Shown here in pieces: positions 1-13,354 of a stretch of 64,000 bases of DNA. Within the stretch, counting starts at the first letter, position 1. Every line of letters begins with the position of its first letter. Both the position numbers and the translations under genes were made by a program. The notes beneath the pieces were generated by a model. The model worked only from the letters and a program-made list of their open reading frames with translations. It made no database searches and had not been told where the DNA came from. The stretch covers positions 620,001 through 684,000 of the forward strand of contig RSEE01000006.1 in NCBI GenBank assembly GCA_003971905.1, read 5' to 3'. The DNA is from Moniliella sp. 'wahieum' (taxonomy: Eukaryota).

Positions 1-2625
1 GTCGCACCGGCCCCGCATGGGCGAGGCGGCATACGAACACTACAAAGTTGCGTACAACCGTCGTGCTCTGTTGTACGAGTGGATCGGTGCGCTGTTGGGT
101 GCAATCAAGACAGCCTACAGTTCTTCGGACCGGCTGGCGATTCTGGAAAGTATGGGATGCTGCTCGAGGCGCGCAACTTTAGTGCGGCCGTGTTTGATGC
201 GCCCGAGACTGGGGCCGAGGAGAAGAAAAAGTACCAGGATACGCTGTACCAGTGTCTTGTGTATGCCTTGAATGAGCTCAACAAAAAGGGCGTGTACCAC
301 AACAACCTCATCTTTGCTGGCCGCCTCCTTGCCCATGCTTTGTTCCGCATCCCCTCGGTCGAGAGCAATTGCTGCGGGCCCTCCCGGTACATAAAACGTC
401 GCTCGAGCGGGTGGCCACGAGGCAAAATGGGACGAAAACAGGCCGGTAGGCGAGGCGTGGGACTCCTTCCTCGCCTGCTTTCCTGACCATCTGCGTGTGT
501 TTTGTTTCCAGGACGCTGGGACTTACCTTGCTCAGGTGGGCGCGCAGCCAGCGCCCAAGGAGCCCGAGGAAGAGAGGAGCAGTAAGCACGTTCCCAAACC
601 ACCTACCTATCTCGTCCAGTGCGACGGGGGTGGAATTGAGATGAGCGGCAACTGGCTTCGGAGGTGGCAGAGCGATGACTCGGAAGTGGTGTTTAGCTTC
701 TTCCGCAACTTTCATCGGCAACTCGATCGACTGATCCAGATTAGCTTGCCGCCCGAGGCTCATGGGTTGTTCTTTGGTGCACCGGCTTATGCTCACATTG
801 CTGCTTCGATCCATCACAAGTGCGTCTCGCTTGTCCACCGCTCGCTCAACTCGGTCACGACCCAGCAAAGTCAGAACAGCTTGTATGTGACCCTCCCTCC
901 TGTTTCCATCGAAAGCGATTCCCCGCTAACTTTGTTGTTCCGGTTGCATAGCAACCCAGGCGAGACGGCCAACGTATTGCTGGGAAGCTCGAATGGCAAA
1001 CCCAAACACCTCGACATGGCCACCACCCGATGCGTCTCGGCAGTGGTAGAATCGGTAACCTATGGCGAACCACGCACGTCTCCCCGCCAAGCGCATCTCT
1101 TTCTCCCCAGCATCCAACTCCACCTCACTGTCTTGTCAAGCGTACCTCCCTCTATGATGTGCAAGGCGTGTTTTGTCTGTGGGACTGGATCGACGCCCTG
1201 ATGGAGCAGGTTGCGGCCGTGGGGCTACCGATCCCCGCGGTGATGGATCTGGAATGGGTGATTGGTGTCGCGCGAATGATTTGCAGGAGGCGGACCATGC
1301 GGTAGCGTTGATGCGTACGCTGGCGTTTTGTTACGGCAACTTTGGCCTGTTGATGTCCTCGACGCGTCTGCGGCGTGCCCTGGGAAGAAACGCTGCTGGC
1401 GCCGCTCATCTTTACCAAGCTCTTCCTCTCTTGGTCCTACACGATTCGCGCCTACTTTCTCCACACCCTGGTCTTCCGCATCGGCCACATCACCGACTTC
1501 CCTGCCCCCGCCGACGATCCAGCCAACAACTCTGCCAGTCAGATCGCGCACCTACTCCATACACGTCTCGACGATGTACGCACGTGCTACGAAGAACTCC
1601 TTTCCGATTCTGGCCGGGACAGTAGCAGCAGCGACAGCGGCCGGCGCTCCCCCTCGATCTACTCGGCCATCCGGACCATTGTGGTGGGCACCAGCGCGAC
1701 CTCCCGCTCCCCGCACCTTACCATCGATTCCGACACGGACGCATCCAATTCGAACGAATCGCTTCTGTCTGCTTCGCCAGTTGGCACGCCCCTCGGCACC
1801 CCCTTGGCAACACCTACCTCATCCCCCTCGGGCCTGGGCAAAGCGAACGGATCTTAGGTCTCTCCTCCGTCGGGGGCAACACGAGTGGCAGTGCGGAGCC
1901 GAGCAAGCGGCGTGGTTTCTCGGCCTGGGCAAGCGACACAAGGATTCTGCCGACCCCACGCCTGCTCGCTCTGCCAGCTTGGCCGCACGGCGAGAGGCAC
2001 GCAAAGGTCTCGTTCCTCCAGTGGCGCGCACCTGCGCCTCGCCTCGACCCCGGCGTTGTCCAAAGTGGGCGGCAAGGCCGCCACGAGCAACGAGCACTTG
2101 GCGCGTAACGCGTCTTTTGATCTCCAATCCGACCGTGCACCGACGAGTGCCAGTGCACCCTACCTTCGTTCCCACTCGTCCGATGGTCTCCGCGTCCCAC
2201 CAAGCCTCCCCGTGTATCGCGCGACTTTGCCAACCGTCCGAGTCTGGTGCCCGGCCCGGCGGCCGACTTGGTCGCAGGCGAGCGGAGGAGCGAGGATCCG
2301 GCCCGAGCCAGCTCGGTATCCGCCCGACGCGCATCGACGGTAGACGAGCGCGCGTTCCCGCGTGCGCTCCAGCCGTATGCAATGCAAAGCTTACGCGAGT
2401 ACGAACAGACAGTCAACGTACGTCCCCCTCGAACCCCCCCCCCCACCCATCCCCACTATGTGACCCGTAGGCCTGTCTTTGGCCGGACCTGACCTGACCT
2501 GACCCCCGTTTTCCTTTTTTTCGCCGCAGGAACACGATGAGTTCATCTCCAGTCTTCCGCTAGACCAGAGGACGGACGTGCCGCGCTTGGCGGTCGCTTG
2601 GCCGGCCATGTGGCAGGGCGAGTGA
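1..2625 (+). CDS. DUF1765 / UPF0592-family fungal protein, 5' end outside the window, frameshifted, with a 3' intron at ~2418-2529
   Basis: Segments in successive frames: YQCLVYALNELNKKGVYHNNLIFAGRLLAHALFRIP; RTSLYDVQGVFCLWDWIDALM..DLEWVIGVARMI; EETLLAPLIFTKLFLSWSYTIRAYFLHTLVFRI; LQPYAMQSLREYEQTV, then a GTACGT..CAG intron and EHDEF..VPRLAVAWPAMWQGE* (TGA 2623-2625). Family recognised from memory, not by search. Confidence 0.65.
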
Positions 2626-2774
2626 TTGGTTTCTCCTCTACCACCCCCTCCCCCTATACAGTTCCCTGATCTCCTCTCTTCCCATCACGCTCACTTTCTC
2701 CCCCTTCTATCTGCTCTGCTTGCCTGTTCCGCTTGCTACTAGGATTTGTTTGCGTTGGATCGAATATCATTTTA

Positions 2775-2794
2775 CCCCCCCCCCCCCCCCCCCC
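2775..2794. repeat. poly-C homopolymer (~20 nt)
   Basis: Directly visible run of C. Confidence 0.9.
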
Positions 2795-3000
2795 ACCTCC
2801 CTGTTCTTTTTGTCTGGTGGTTTGCGTCTCCTAGGTGGAGATTCGGCGGTGCATGTACCTAGCTAAGACCAAAGATCTAAGAATGGATGTAGGGCATGGC
2901 CAGTGCCGAGCCATGCGACGCCAGCGGCCAGCGTCGCTACTGTACCGTGCCAAGGATGCGCGATGCTCCAGTAGGAACAGAGAAGGCGGCGTTGGGAAGA

Positions 3001-4867
3001 TCAATCACGAGGTACTAGGGGTAGGTAGGTAGCCCGATCCATGGCATCTGCTCTGCTCTGCTTTCTACTCGAACCAGCTCGTGCCGGGACGGAACCAGTG
3101 GCTAACACACGCTGGCAGCCAACGGCCCCAGACGCAACACACGGCACCACAATCGAGGGAAACAAACGAGGGGAGCGGGACAAGACAAAAGCGAAGCGAG
3201 GTAGAAGGGTGAGACAAGCGACCAGCGCGGACGGGTCGGAACAAAGAACAGAGGAAAGAGCCAGCACGACTGGTACCAGTCCAGCCAGATCGTCAGGGGC
3301 GGGATGGGCAAGGGAGCATGCAAAGGGATGAGGGGTATGCAAAGTTGGCGGTTGCGAGCTTGTATGGCAAGGGAAGCGAGGGTGCGAGAGGGGGCTACTG
3401 AGTCGTATGGGATGAAGGCGGGAGAGTGCGAACGCGTAACAAGGGTTGGTCCTCGTGTACGGGGAGGAGACTAGGCGAACCAAGAGGGGATGGGCGAGCG
3501 GAATGAGCGGAGACGAGGTGAGGGAGGAAAAAGGGTGGGCGGGGGTGGAGGCCGACGCCGAGCGGGCACGTGTGACTACGGCCGCAGAGGCAGGCACCGA
3601 AGATGGAGCGGGTTTGCCATTGGCCAAGGGCAACAGATGCGCGGGAAACCGTCCCTGGCAATACCAGAGGAAATGGAAGCGGCGCGAGCGGCACGGGCTT
3701 TGCGTGCGGCGGCAGCCGCGGCGGCGACAGAACTGCGCCGCTCGAGAGGTGGACCTTCACTGCCAGACGAAGCGGTGGTCCCGGCGCGCGGCCGTGTAGC
3801 CGCTTGAGCCGAAGGAACGGGCGACATGCGCGGGGACGCAGCGGGCGAAGCGGTCATGGGTGTCAAGCCTAACCCCGACCCACCAAAGGGGGTGCGGGCA
3901 CGACCGATCGAGCCAAAGCGACGTAGGGTAATGGGTTGATGGTGGGGCCGCGGAGGTGGGTGGGAGGAAGTGGATTCAGTATCGGACACCTCATCCTCTG
4001 AGGGCGGGTAGGAGCGGTGTTGGGCCACGCGACGCCGTGCAGAGAGACGCGCTTGCATCTGCTCGGCGCCCACGCCAAACCGAAAGGGGCGGTTCGACAT
4101 GGAGTGGAGGTAGAAGCAGTCGTCGCCAAAGGGACAAAAGGGGCCTCGTGACGAAGAGAGGGATTTGGTAAAATAGCGGCACGGGGTTGAACTTTTCGGG
4201 GCCAAGGCGTGGTCGATGCGGGCTTTTTGGCTTCGCCCGTAACAAATCGGGGGAGCGGACGCAAAGGAGGGACTGGGTGCGGCACAGCGGGCAGCACTTG
4301 AAGTTGCTTGTCAGTTCCTTTTCATCGTCAGTCGAGCCCTGTTGGCGCCAGTTGCGCAAACAGTCAACGCAAAAGGCATGGTCGCAGTTTTGCAACAAGC
4401 CGTACGCAATAGGCTGGTCGCCACAGATTGCGCAGGGTGGACGCGGCAGAGTGGGATCTGACACCTCGTCGATGATGATGATGATGATGATGATGACGAT
4501 GATGGTGACGGCGGGAACGGTGAGGGTGCGCAGACTGTCTGACGACGCGTCTTCGTCGTCATCAACAGATTGGGATTTGGGGAGAAGGCTGCCCAAAGGC
4601 CGGATCCGCTCGGGATAGGCGGGCACGGTGCGCGCCGCGGGCCCAATGGGCGGGGGACGCGGGTGGACACGGCATGGTCATCCAGATTGACGCCTTCTCC
4701 GTCAGAGGAGGAGCTGCTGCTGCTGCTGCCGCTGCGGCTGCTATCGGACGAAGCATCGCTGGGCGGCGGGAGGCGTGTGGAGAGCCAGGGCGACGAGAGG
4801 GGGAGGGCGGGCATGAGGGAGTGCGTGATGGGGTGCATGAGGGGGCGGTGGACGAGGGCGTGGACAT
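3001..4867 (-). CDS. Makorin-like RING finger + CCCH zinc finger protein (putative RNA-binding E3 ubiquitin ligase); both ends approximate
   Basis: RING CAICGDQPIAYGLLQNCDHAFCVDCLRNWR..CCPLCR (ORF 3991..4626) followed in another frame by CCCH PCRYFTKS..FCPFGDDCFYLH (ORF 3576..4205), the makorin domain order. Candidate ATG at 4867; the C-terminal end is uncertain. Confidence 0.75.
4471..4504. repeat. (GAT)n trinucleotide microsatellite inside the makorin-like gene
   Basis: gatgatgatgatgatgatgatgatgacgatgatg visible directly. Confidence 0.9.
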
Positions 4868-5409
4868 GGGTGGTGGTGGTTGGTGGTGGTGGTGGGCGGC
4901 GGGCAGACAGATGGCCGTGGGGCTGCGCCACCGGTGTCGGGGGGACTCGGCGGCAGCCAAGGGGTGGTGCGATTCTGGATGGCCAGGAGAAGCGAACTGA
5001 ATGTACGGGCGAATATAATCGCCGGTGTCTGCTTCGCTGGGGCGTGCGACACCGCCCTTGCCTGCCCCCTGCGCTCGCCCGGCGCCTGTCTGTGCGGCTG
5101 GGATCTCGATCATCGTCATCGATCATCTCGATCATCCAGCATCGGCCCACTCGCCCTGCCACTGCCCCCGTGCGCCCCAGCGCCCCTCCCAGTGTGCCCC
5201 TCGCTGCTTTCAAATTCAATTCACCAGGGCTCCCATTGAAAGTTGAAATGCCCCTGCCCTGGCGTTGCACCGAGCCTAGCCCCATTCCGCCGCCGCCACC
5301 GCCCTCATTTTTTTTTTGCCCGCTCAGCCGCAGCGCCGCTGGTTGGCCTCGGATCCAAGTCAGGTGTGCCTGCCCCCCCCACCACCACCACCTCTCTCTC
5401 TCCTCCCCA

Positions 5410-7557
5410 ATGGTGGCCACAACCAACGGCAAGGGCAAAGCCTCTGCCCCCGGCATCAAGAAAGTCAAGGGCGAGAACTTTTACCGCGACGCCAAAGGTG
5501 CCCGGCGGGTCAAGCTCCTCTCCAAGGATGGCATCGCCAGCAAGGGCATCCGCGACCGCAAGGGCAACCTCATCCGTGCTGCCCAGTTCCAGAGCAGCGA
5601 GGCCAAGCCAGGCCGTGTCCACCGGACCGCCGCTGGTTCGGCAACACGCGCGTGATCAGCCAAGATGCGCTCGCCCATTTCCGCGAGGCCCTCGGAGCCC
5701 GGTCAACGACCCGTACAGTGTCCTCCTCCGCCGCAACAAGCTCCCTATGAGTTTGATTACCGATCAAAAACCGAGCGAGACGACGCAGGGAATTGGCGGC
5801 TCTCGTCTTACCGAAGTCGAGAGCTTTTCTGACACGTTTGGGCCCTCGTCCCGCCGTAAGCGTCCCCGTTTGGACCCGAATGCCGTCAGCTCGTTTGCCG
5901 ACTTTGCCGCCTCCGGTACGACGGCCGTCGAGGTATCGGAGGCCAAGGTGCGCGAGGAGGAGGAAAAAGCCCGAGGTGCTCATCTCGTCTCGGACGATCG
6001 CGAAATCCCCATTCTGGCCCCCGAGGAGAACCCGTATGAGATCCCCGTGGAGCGGGGTCGCTCGCAGCCGGCGTACTCCAAGGGTCAATCGCGCCGGATT
6101 TGGGCCGAGCTGTACAAGTTGATTGATTCGTCTGACGTTGTGATCCATGTGCTCGACGCGCGTGACCCCGAAGGAACGCGCTGCCGTACTGTTGAAAAGC
6201 ACATTCGCGACGAAAAGCCGCACAAGCACCTTGTCTTCTTGCTCAACAAGGTAGACCTTGTTCCCACCTGGGTCACGGCCAAGTGGGTCAAGCATCTGTC
6301 CAAGACGGCGCCTACGCTTGCGTTTCATGCTTCCATCAACAACTCGTTTGGCAAGGGCTCGCTCATCAGTCTCTTGCGTCAGTTTTCCCGTCTGCATTCG
6401 GACAAGAAACAGATCTCGGTTGGGTTTGTCGGATACCCCAATGCGGGTAGAGCAGCATCATCAATACCCTCAAAGCCAAGAAGGTCTGCACCGTTGCCCC
6501 CATCCCGGGCGAGACCAAGGTGTGGCAGTACATCTCGCTCATGCGGCGCATTTACCTGGTTGATTGCCCCGGGATTGTGCCGGTCGGGATGAAGGATACG
6601 GAGACGGCGACTGTACTCAAGGGGGTGGTGCGAGTGGAGAATCTGAGACGCCTGCGGAGCACATTCCCACCCTGATGACCCGGGTGGAACCGGTGCACCT
6701 GCAAAAGACCTATGGTTTGGCCAAGTGGAAGGATGCGGAAGATTTCCTGGGCCAGTTGGCCCGCAAGATGGGCAAGTTGGTCAAGGGTGGCGAGCCCGAC
6801 CATCAGGCTGCTGCCAAGATTGTGCTCAACGACTGGATTCGGGGCCGCATCCCCTTCTTCGTCCCTCCGCCCGGGTTTGAACAGATGCCTTCCAAATTCT
6901 CCAACAAGGCTGCCAAGGCCGAACTTTTGACGGTTCCCTCCGTCTCGGCGAAGGATGTCACCAAGCTAGCCCGGTCGGCGGCCCAGGCGGACGACGAAGA
7001 GACTGGTGGCGAGTTTACCAAGTTTGGCGACACGGACGACGAGGAAGTGGCCGTGGCTGAGGAGGATGAGGAACAGGAGGATGAAGACGAGGACGAGGAT
7101 GAGGACGAAGATGGCTCGTCGGACGACGAGGACGGTCTGCAGCAGCTCAAGTGGACCGACGTATTTGGCGCTGGCGCTGGTCCCTCGTCCCGTCCTGCGG
7201 ACGGCGAAGAGGGGAGGAAGATGTGGGTGGACGTGGACGTGTGGATGTGGGACAAGATGAGGACGAGACGAGGGTGAAGAGCTGGATGCTGCCTCCTCGG
7301 GTGCGGAAGTGACGATGACCACCGAGGCTGGGCCGAGTGAGTCGGAAGACGAGGCGCAGCAAACGTCAAGGCACCGCGGATGACCACGTCGAAGCGCAAG
7401 GCGGAGAATTACTACACGCATGCCAATGTCAAGAACAAGAACCGGGCGCGGGCGGCGCAGAATGTTGACCGCGTGGCATGCCCAGGCCGCGCGTCCCAAT
7501 CGCGTTGGTGCCAACGGGCGGGCAGCCCGGACGCAAAAGAACAAGAAGCGCAGGTAA
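5410..7557 (+). CDS. NOG2: Nucleolar GTP-binding protein 2 (60S biogenesis GTPase), frameshifted
   Basis: [124 protein letters not shown], an acidic tract, and C-terminal [23 protein letters not shown]. Confidence 0.95.
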
Positions 7558-8041
7558 CCCACCCACCTTTAACCTTCACTCTACGTGTCGTTCTACTACA
7601 CTTTCACTTGATTTGCTCATACCTCTCCAACAGGCAAGATGGTTCCATAGTGTAGACTTTTGGGGGGGTCAAAAAGACAGAAGGGCCACGTGTAGCATAG
7701 CATGAGCACTGGGCAGACGAGAGCGCTTGCATGGACAGAAGAGAGCAATGGGCAGAGAGGGCTTGGTCTGGTGGATGCACTGCGCAAGGGAAGAAATCTG
7801 GTGGCTGTGGGGCGCTGCCCCCCGACCACAATGCAGAAAGAAGTAATACAGTCGAAGTGGGGCCTGGCGTGGAGTCGGTCCCATGGGGTCGTTTTAGTGG
7901 GAGCGCGAGCGGTGGCGCAGTCAGAGGATGCAGAGGGAGAGGACCAGAAGAAGGCGGGGTGGCCAAGGGGTCGCGGAGGTTGGTTGGGCCTCTGCGATGG
8001 AGCAAGAGACGCTTTTGATGGGCCAGTTTCATCCTAGCTCT

Positions 8042-9532
8042 TTACTCCTCTGGGACGCCCTGGTCGCCCGAGGTGCGAGACCGCTTGACGCGAGCCCAGA
8101 TGCCCGCGTCGGTGCCAAAGACAAACTGAGCCGTGACCAAAGGCCACGAGGGTGTTGCGGCAGACAGTCATAAAACTCGGGGCACATCTTGCGCAGCGCA
8201 GGCAGCTTGCTCCACGCGACCGAGGGGAAGTCGTGGTGCTCATTGTGGTAGCCGACATTGTAGTGAACCAGTTGAGCGGGCCATAGTACGACCAGGTTTC
8301 TTGCTGAATGTCACCAAAGAGGTAGTGTTCGGCGATAAAGTGACCAGCACAGGGGTGCCAGCTGCCGGCCAAGAAGGCCGAGAGGGCGAAATAATACAAG
8401 GGGGTGAAGCCAAAGTTGCGCGCAATGACCACATCAAACACAACACCTGCACCGGCATTGAGCAATGCCAGGATGTTAGCCGCTGGGAACGGATGAAGGT
8501 GGGACGCAAAGCATAAAAGAAGATTTGGAAGGTACTAAAAGGCAACGAAGCAGGTTAGCCGGGCTGTCCACATCCTTGCCCCGTCCCAGGCGATTCGAAC
8601 TTACGCAAAAAAGGCCTTGCCAAGTACATTGTTCAAGCACAGCAACTCCAACCTCGAGGGAAGATCGGTGTCAACGCCATCCTCGCCCATACTTGTGGTG
8701 CTCCATGTGTATCGTTTGAACATCATGGCGTACGGGACGCCAATCGGCAAGTTGGTCACAATGGCCCAGAGCCGATTGGCATCGATCGACTGGAAGGCAA
8801 GGTTTGGGTGATCTCATGAATGGCCAAGAAAAGATTGTGCGTCGCCGTCGCACCCACCACATAGGCAATCAGCAAAAGCCGCCAGTCGAGCCACCCCCAC
8901 CCCGTGTACGACAGACCGATGGCAATGCCAATCTGAAGCAGCGTAACCGCGCCGCTGATCCACTTGGTCAGCGGTTCGTAGCCCATCAGCGTCTTGACCT
9001 CAGGTGAGCCTTCAAGATCGCCCAACGACGACTTCGGTGTGGCTCCTCGGTCAACAGCCACAGAAAATCGTCGGCCGGAGGCGGCGTAACGCGTTTCTTG
9101 GGGACCCAAGGGTAGCCCGACGGCAGCGTATGGTTCTCCTTGGCCTGCTGCGCATCCGGGACAAGGCCAATTTCAGAGGGCTTGACACCAGCCGCAAGCT
9201 GCTCGCGCTTCTGCTGCGCCCGCCAGTCGGTTGCAGCAGGAAAGGGGAAGGCCTTTCCTCGTCGCTGGTCGGGGGCGTCGCCGTGCCACCGCCCAGGCCA
9301 TCCGACCCGGATCCAGCCGAGTTCAACGGGGCAGTGGCACGGTGGCGCAAGGCAGCGGCAGCGAGCCATCGGCGGACGGTGCTTTGGAGGCGAGGGACGC
9401 CTTGGCAGCTGCAGCTTCGGCTGCGAGGGAGCTGCGCGTAGGAATGTCGCCGTACAGGTGAGGCGGCAGCTGCTCCAGGCCGCCAAAGAAGGACCAGTCG
9501 ACGCTGGGGGGCTGAGCGCCGAATCCAAACAT
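8042..9532 (-). CDS. DES1: Sphingolipid delta(4)-desaturase (dihydroceramide desaturase), intron ~8535-8604, frameshifted
   Basis: DDFLWLLTEEPHRSRRWAILKAH, PEVKTLMGYEPLTKW, His box HNLFLAIHEI, FQIFFYALRP, WHPCAGHFIAEHY, ETWSYYGPLN. The start at MFGFGAQ (ATG 9532) is inferred. Confidence 0.92.
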
Positions 9533-10610
9533 CGCCGCAGACAGGCAGGAGACGGAGGAGAAGAAGAGACGGGAGGAAAGGCCGGGAAGACGGGGCAACA
9601 AGAGAAGTGGGCGCCTAAAGAACAGCCACGCAAGACAAGTGCCGGCGGCGCCTCTCTTGAGCTTGAAGCCTGCAGCTTCAGTACTCCGTCTGCTTCCCGC
9701 CTCGCCCAGCGCCAATCGCCCCATCTGCCCTGGGCGCCGCAGCAGGGCACCGCGCCAGTCTTACCTGGCGCTCTCTTCGGCCGCACTTGAAACTTTTCTG
9801 TGCTGAGCAGCGTTGTTGAGCGCTGGGCGGATGCGCTGATCCGCAGATTATCAATTGACGCGCTTGGCAAGGCTCCACGGGCGCAAGTAAGTCCCCGGCG
9901 AGTCGCCGATACAAAACACCCGGGGATCGGCTGGACAGTTGTTGCTCAGCCCATCCGGTGTCTCCAGCTGCTGAGCTTCAGCTTCAAGCTTCAGAGCTTC
10001 AGCAGGCTCCAGCGTCGGCACGAGCCCCTCTGCCACCTGTCTACGCCGCTGGCAACATCGCAACACCACACCATCCATGCGCGCTACTGACTACCCGCCC
10101 GCTGTTCGCCAGTCTATATTCAGTGTGCCGGGGATGCACGCGAGTGGATCCACTCCCTTCTTTTGGCCATTCGAGGAGTGTGCGTACGGATAGTACGTGT
10201 TTGTCTCTCCAGAATGTGCCTGCAAGAGAATTAATGATACCTTGGTGAAAGGCATTCCAGTGGCATAGCTCTACCATGAACAGATTTGGGAAGCATCCAT
10301 CTCGTCGGGGTATGAACGTGAACGTTGAACTGTGTGGAGCAAGATAAAAAAAACCTTCCTCGCTCTTTTCCCCCTCACACTGTCTTCCCACAGCTCTTCT
10401 CCACATTGAGGGCTCTGATTTATGATAGGCAACCGATGCTATACTGCACGGGTTTTCTTCGGCTATGGGCATCAAACTCGTCACACTTGAAGGAAGAGAC
10501 ATTTGATATTCATACGAAGTACATTTTGTACTTGTGCCAGGCGCTAGTTTCTCGCCGTGCGCGCTACAGTATGCCCTCGGTTTTCCGAGGGCACGGAAAA
10601 CGAGAGCCGT

Positions 10611-11788
10611 TTACTTGTCAACATCGAGGACGATGCGGCCGGCCAGTTTGCCATGGTGCATGTCGGTGTACACCTGGTTGAGCTCTGAAAGCCCCTTGAG
10701 CTGGTATGACCTTGACCTTGCCCCGCTCGGCGAGACGAAGCGATTCCAGCGCATCCTGCCGGTTGCCCACGATCGATCCCACAATCTTCTTGGCAGTAAC
10801 CGTCGTGTCAAACACGTCGGCCTTGATCACCGTGCCGGGGGGCATGCCCACAGTGACGAGGGTGCCACGGGCCGGATGTAGCGAGGCCTTGGGTGTAAGC
10901 CGAGTCGCTCGCAGCGGCCACGACCGCGCCGTGTGCACCCAGCCCGCCAGTCAGTGCCTTAATGTCGGCAACAATGTCCTTGGACACCTTAAAGTCGAGC
11001 CATGCGTCCGCGCCCAGCTTCTCCACCAGCGCCTTCTTCTCAGCTCCCGTGTCAATCGCAATGACGCGGTAGCCAAACGCGGCAGCATATTGCACACCCA
11101 AGTGGCCCAGTCCACCCCCAGCACCGGGAATGACGACCCACTCGCCCGGTTGCAGGTTGGCCTCCTTCAGGGCGCGGTAGATCGTCACACCAGCGCACAA
11201 GATGGGCGCCGCATCGACCAAGGCCAGGCCGTCGGGATCTTGGTCATACTTGGCCGAGGAGACCACGTACTGCTGGAAGGTACCGTCCACAGAGTAGCCC
11301 GAGTTCTGGATGTGGATGCAGTTCGACTCAAATCCTACGCGGCAGTAGTCGCAGTTCAGGCAGGCGTCGGCCACCCACTTGATGCCCACGCGGTCGCCGC
11401 GCGCAACCCATTGGTCGGCACCGGGGCCAAGCTTGACAACAACGCCGGCGCCCTCGTGGCCACCGACGAGAGGCTCGCCCGTGGCCTGTTGCTTGGTGGC
11501 CAGGGGCCAGTCGCCGAGCATGGCGTGCAAGTCGCTGTGAGAAAGACGAGGAGATCAGAGGCCGGGTGCAAAGGCGGGAGAGCAAGAGCAAAAGAATAAT
11601 AGAGACAGAACATACGTGTGGCAGACACCCGAGTAGGTGATGCGGACCAAGACTTCGCCTTCCTTGAGCTGAATGGCGCTTGGGTTGTACTTGACAAACT
11701 CAATGGGGCCGCCCGTCTTGGTAAAGACGGCCTTGGTAGCGGCAGCAGGCACCTCGAGCTGCTTCTCACGAACGTCGACAGAGGCCAT
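10611..11788 (-). CDS. ADH1: Zinc-dependent medium-chain alcohol dehydrogenase (ADH1-like), intron ~11537-11614
   Basis: YSGVCHT|DLHAMLGDWP, GGHEGAGVVV, GDRVGIKWVADACLNCDYC..ESNC, APILCAGVTIYRALK, GAGGGLGHLGVQYA, GSIVGNRQD, GKLAGRIVLDVDK*. Confidence 0.93.
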
Positions 11789-11879
11789 GGTGGTGATGGT
11801 GGTGGGAGTGGTTGAGGGCGGTAGAGGAAGTAGGATGTAGGGGGGTGGGGAGAGGAGAGGAGGAGGGACGCGAGAGAGG

Positions 11880-11889
11880 GTATATATAC
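11880..11889 (-). promoter_or_regulatory. TATA box of the ADH gene
   Basis: GTATATATAC about 92 bp upstream of the ADH ATG, followed on the minus strand by a pyrimidine-rich tract, in otherwise GC-rich sequence. Confidence 0.7.
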
Positions 11890-11982
11890 GGCATTTTAGT
11901 TGGCGCTTGGCCCTGGATGGAGGGCACGAGCGCAGGAGCGGCAGGGGCACTTGTGGTGGTCATGCGGATAGTAGGGCTCCCG

Positions 11983-12025
11983 CTGGTGCTGGTGCTGGTG
12001 CTGGTGCTGGTGCCGGTGCTGGTGC
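11983..12025. repeat. (CTGGTG)n hexanucleotide tandem repeat upstream of ADH
   Basis: About 7 copies with one variant, visible directly. Confidence 0.85.
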
Positions 12026-13354
12026 GGATGGAGGGCGTGGCCTGCGCCATCTTCGGCTCAGGCAGGCAGCGCGGCGACGCCAACCACAGCGGGACCCCAG
12101 ACGACACTTAAGTCCACACTGGCCCTGTGCGGGGCTCCGGTCTGTGTGTGGGGCTCCGCACTTTGGGCGCCTTGCCCGACGGGTTAACGCCGCCTGCTGG
12201 CGGAACGGCTGGTGTGGATGGCGATGCAGCCGAGGCGGCAGGGTAGGACAGCAGCGTCTGGCAGGGACGCCGACGGTTCAGCCGAGCCTCGGCCAGCGTC
12301 TTCTGTGTCCCTGGCACGCCCCGGCAGCAGCCCATCAGGCCTGCCGCTGGCAGATCCGCCCATGCCATCGCAGCAGTTAGCCGCAATCCGCAGCACGAGC
12401 GCAGTGCATACCTATCCCACTGTGGGCGCGGTGTCGGCAGCTGTGTCCCACGACATGCCCCTCTCCACATCGGCTCCAGCTCCATCGCTGCCCAACTCAC
12501 CCGGCCCCCGGGGGCACGACAATGACACAATGAATGGAGAGCCGCGAAACCACAAAGCCGTCTGACACACACTCTGTTGCGCCTCTGGCAGCACATGTTT
12601 GGTTTTGGTGTCGGTCACCCTGTCCCTGGAAGGCTGATCCGCCTTGTGCAGCGCACGCAGAGGCGGGGTGCGGGCTTAAGTCGGCCACGTTAGAATCCAT
12701 TCCGCGGCAGCCGGCAGCCGCGTGTCTTGGGAGGGTTCCCAGCAACCCTACTGCGCTTGCGCAGCTGGGGACGACATCTCGGCTGCCCGCTGCTGGACAC
12801 TCGACTACTGTGGGTGTGTCAAGCGACACCCCGCTCTGGCCCATTCGCCCATTCGTCATCGGCGCCCGGGTCGCCGCCCCCAACCCCCGCCCCCAGACCC
12901 CCATTCTTCTTACCCCCTCGCACGGGCCTCCCTCGGCGGCGGGGTTCCCTGCCTTCCCCACACCTCTATCGGAGCCGCTGCAGTCTGCCCACCAGTGGTG
13001 ATCGATGATGCACTGGTGTGTGGGCCGTACCCGACCTACCTACTAACTATATGTTTGTGCCTTGGCAAAGACCCCTGCGTGGGGGGCCGAGTGGGAATGG
13101 GGTGACCGGGGCGTTTCTTATTCTCTTGTCCTAGGCCGGGCGGAGGGATACTACAACCCCGCCACATCTCGAGCTTCGACTTGTGCTATAGCCCGCTGCC
13201 ATCGCACATTATCTTCCCACCCCTCCACCATCACCATATGCTTCAACAGGAACCCCTCATTAGGGCAAGTGACCGAATCCATTACAGGGACCGTACCCAC
13301 TGGGGATGGGCTTGTGCATTATTTGGCCACGGCCAGGGGTCAAGGTCTCAAGGC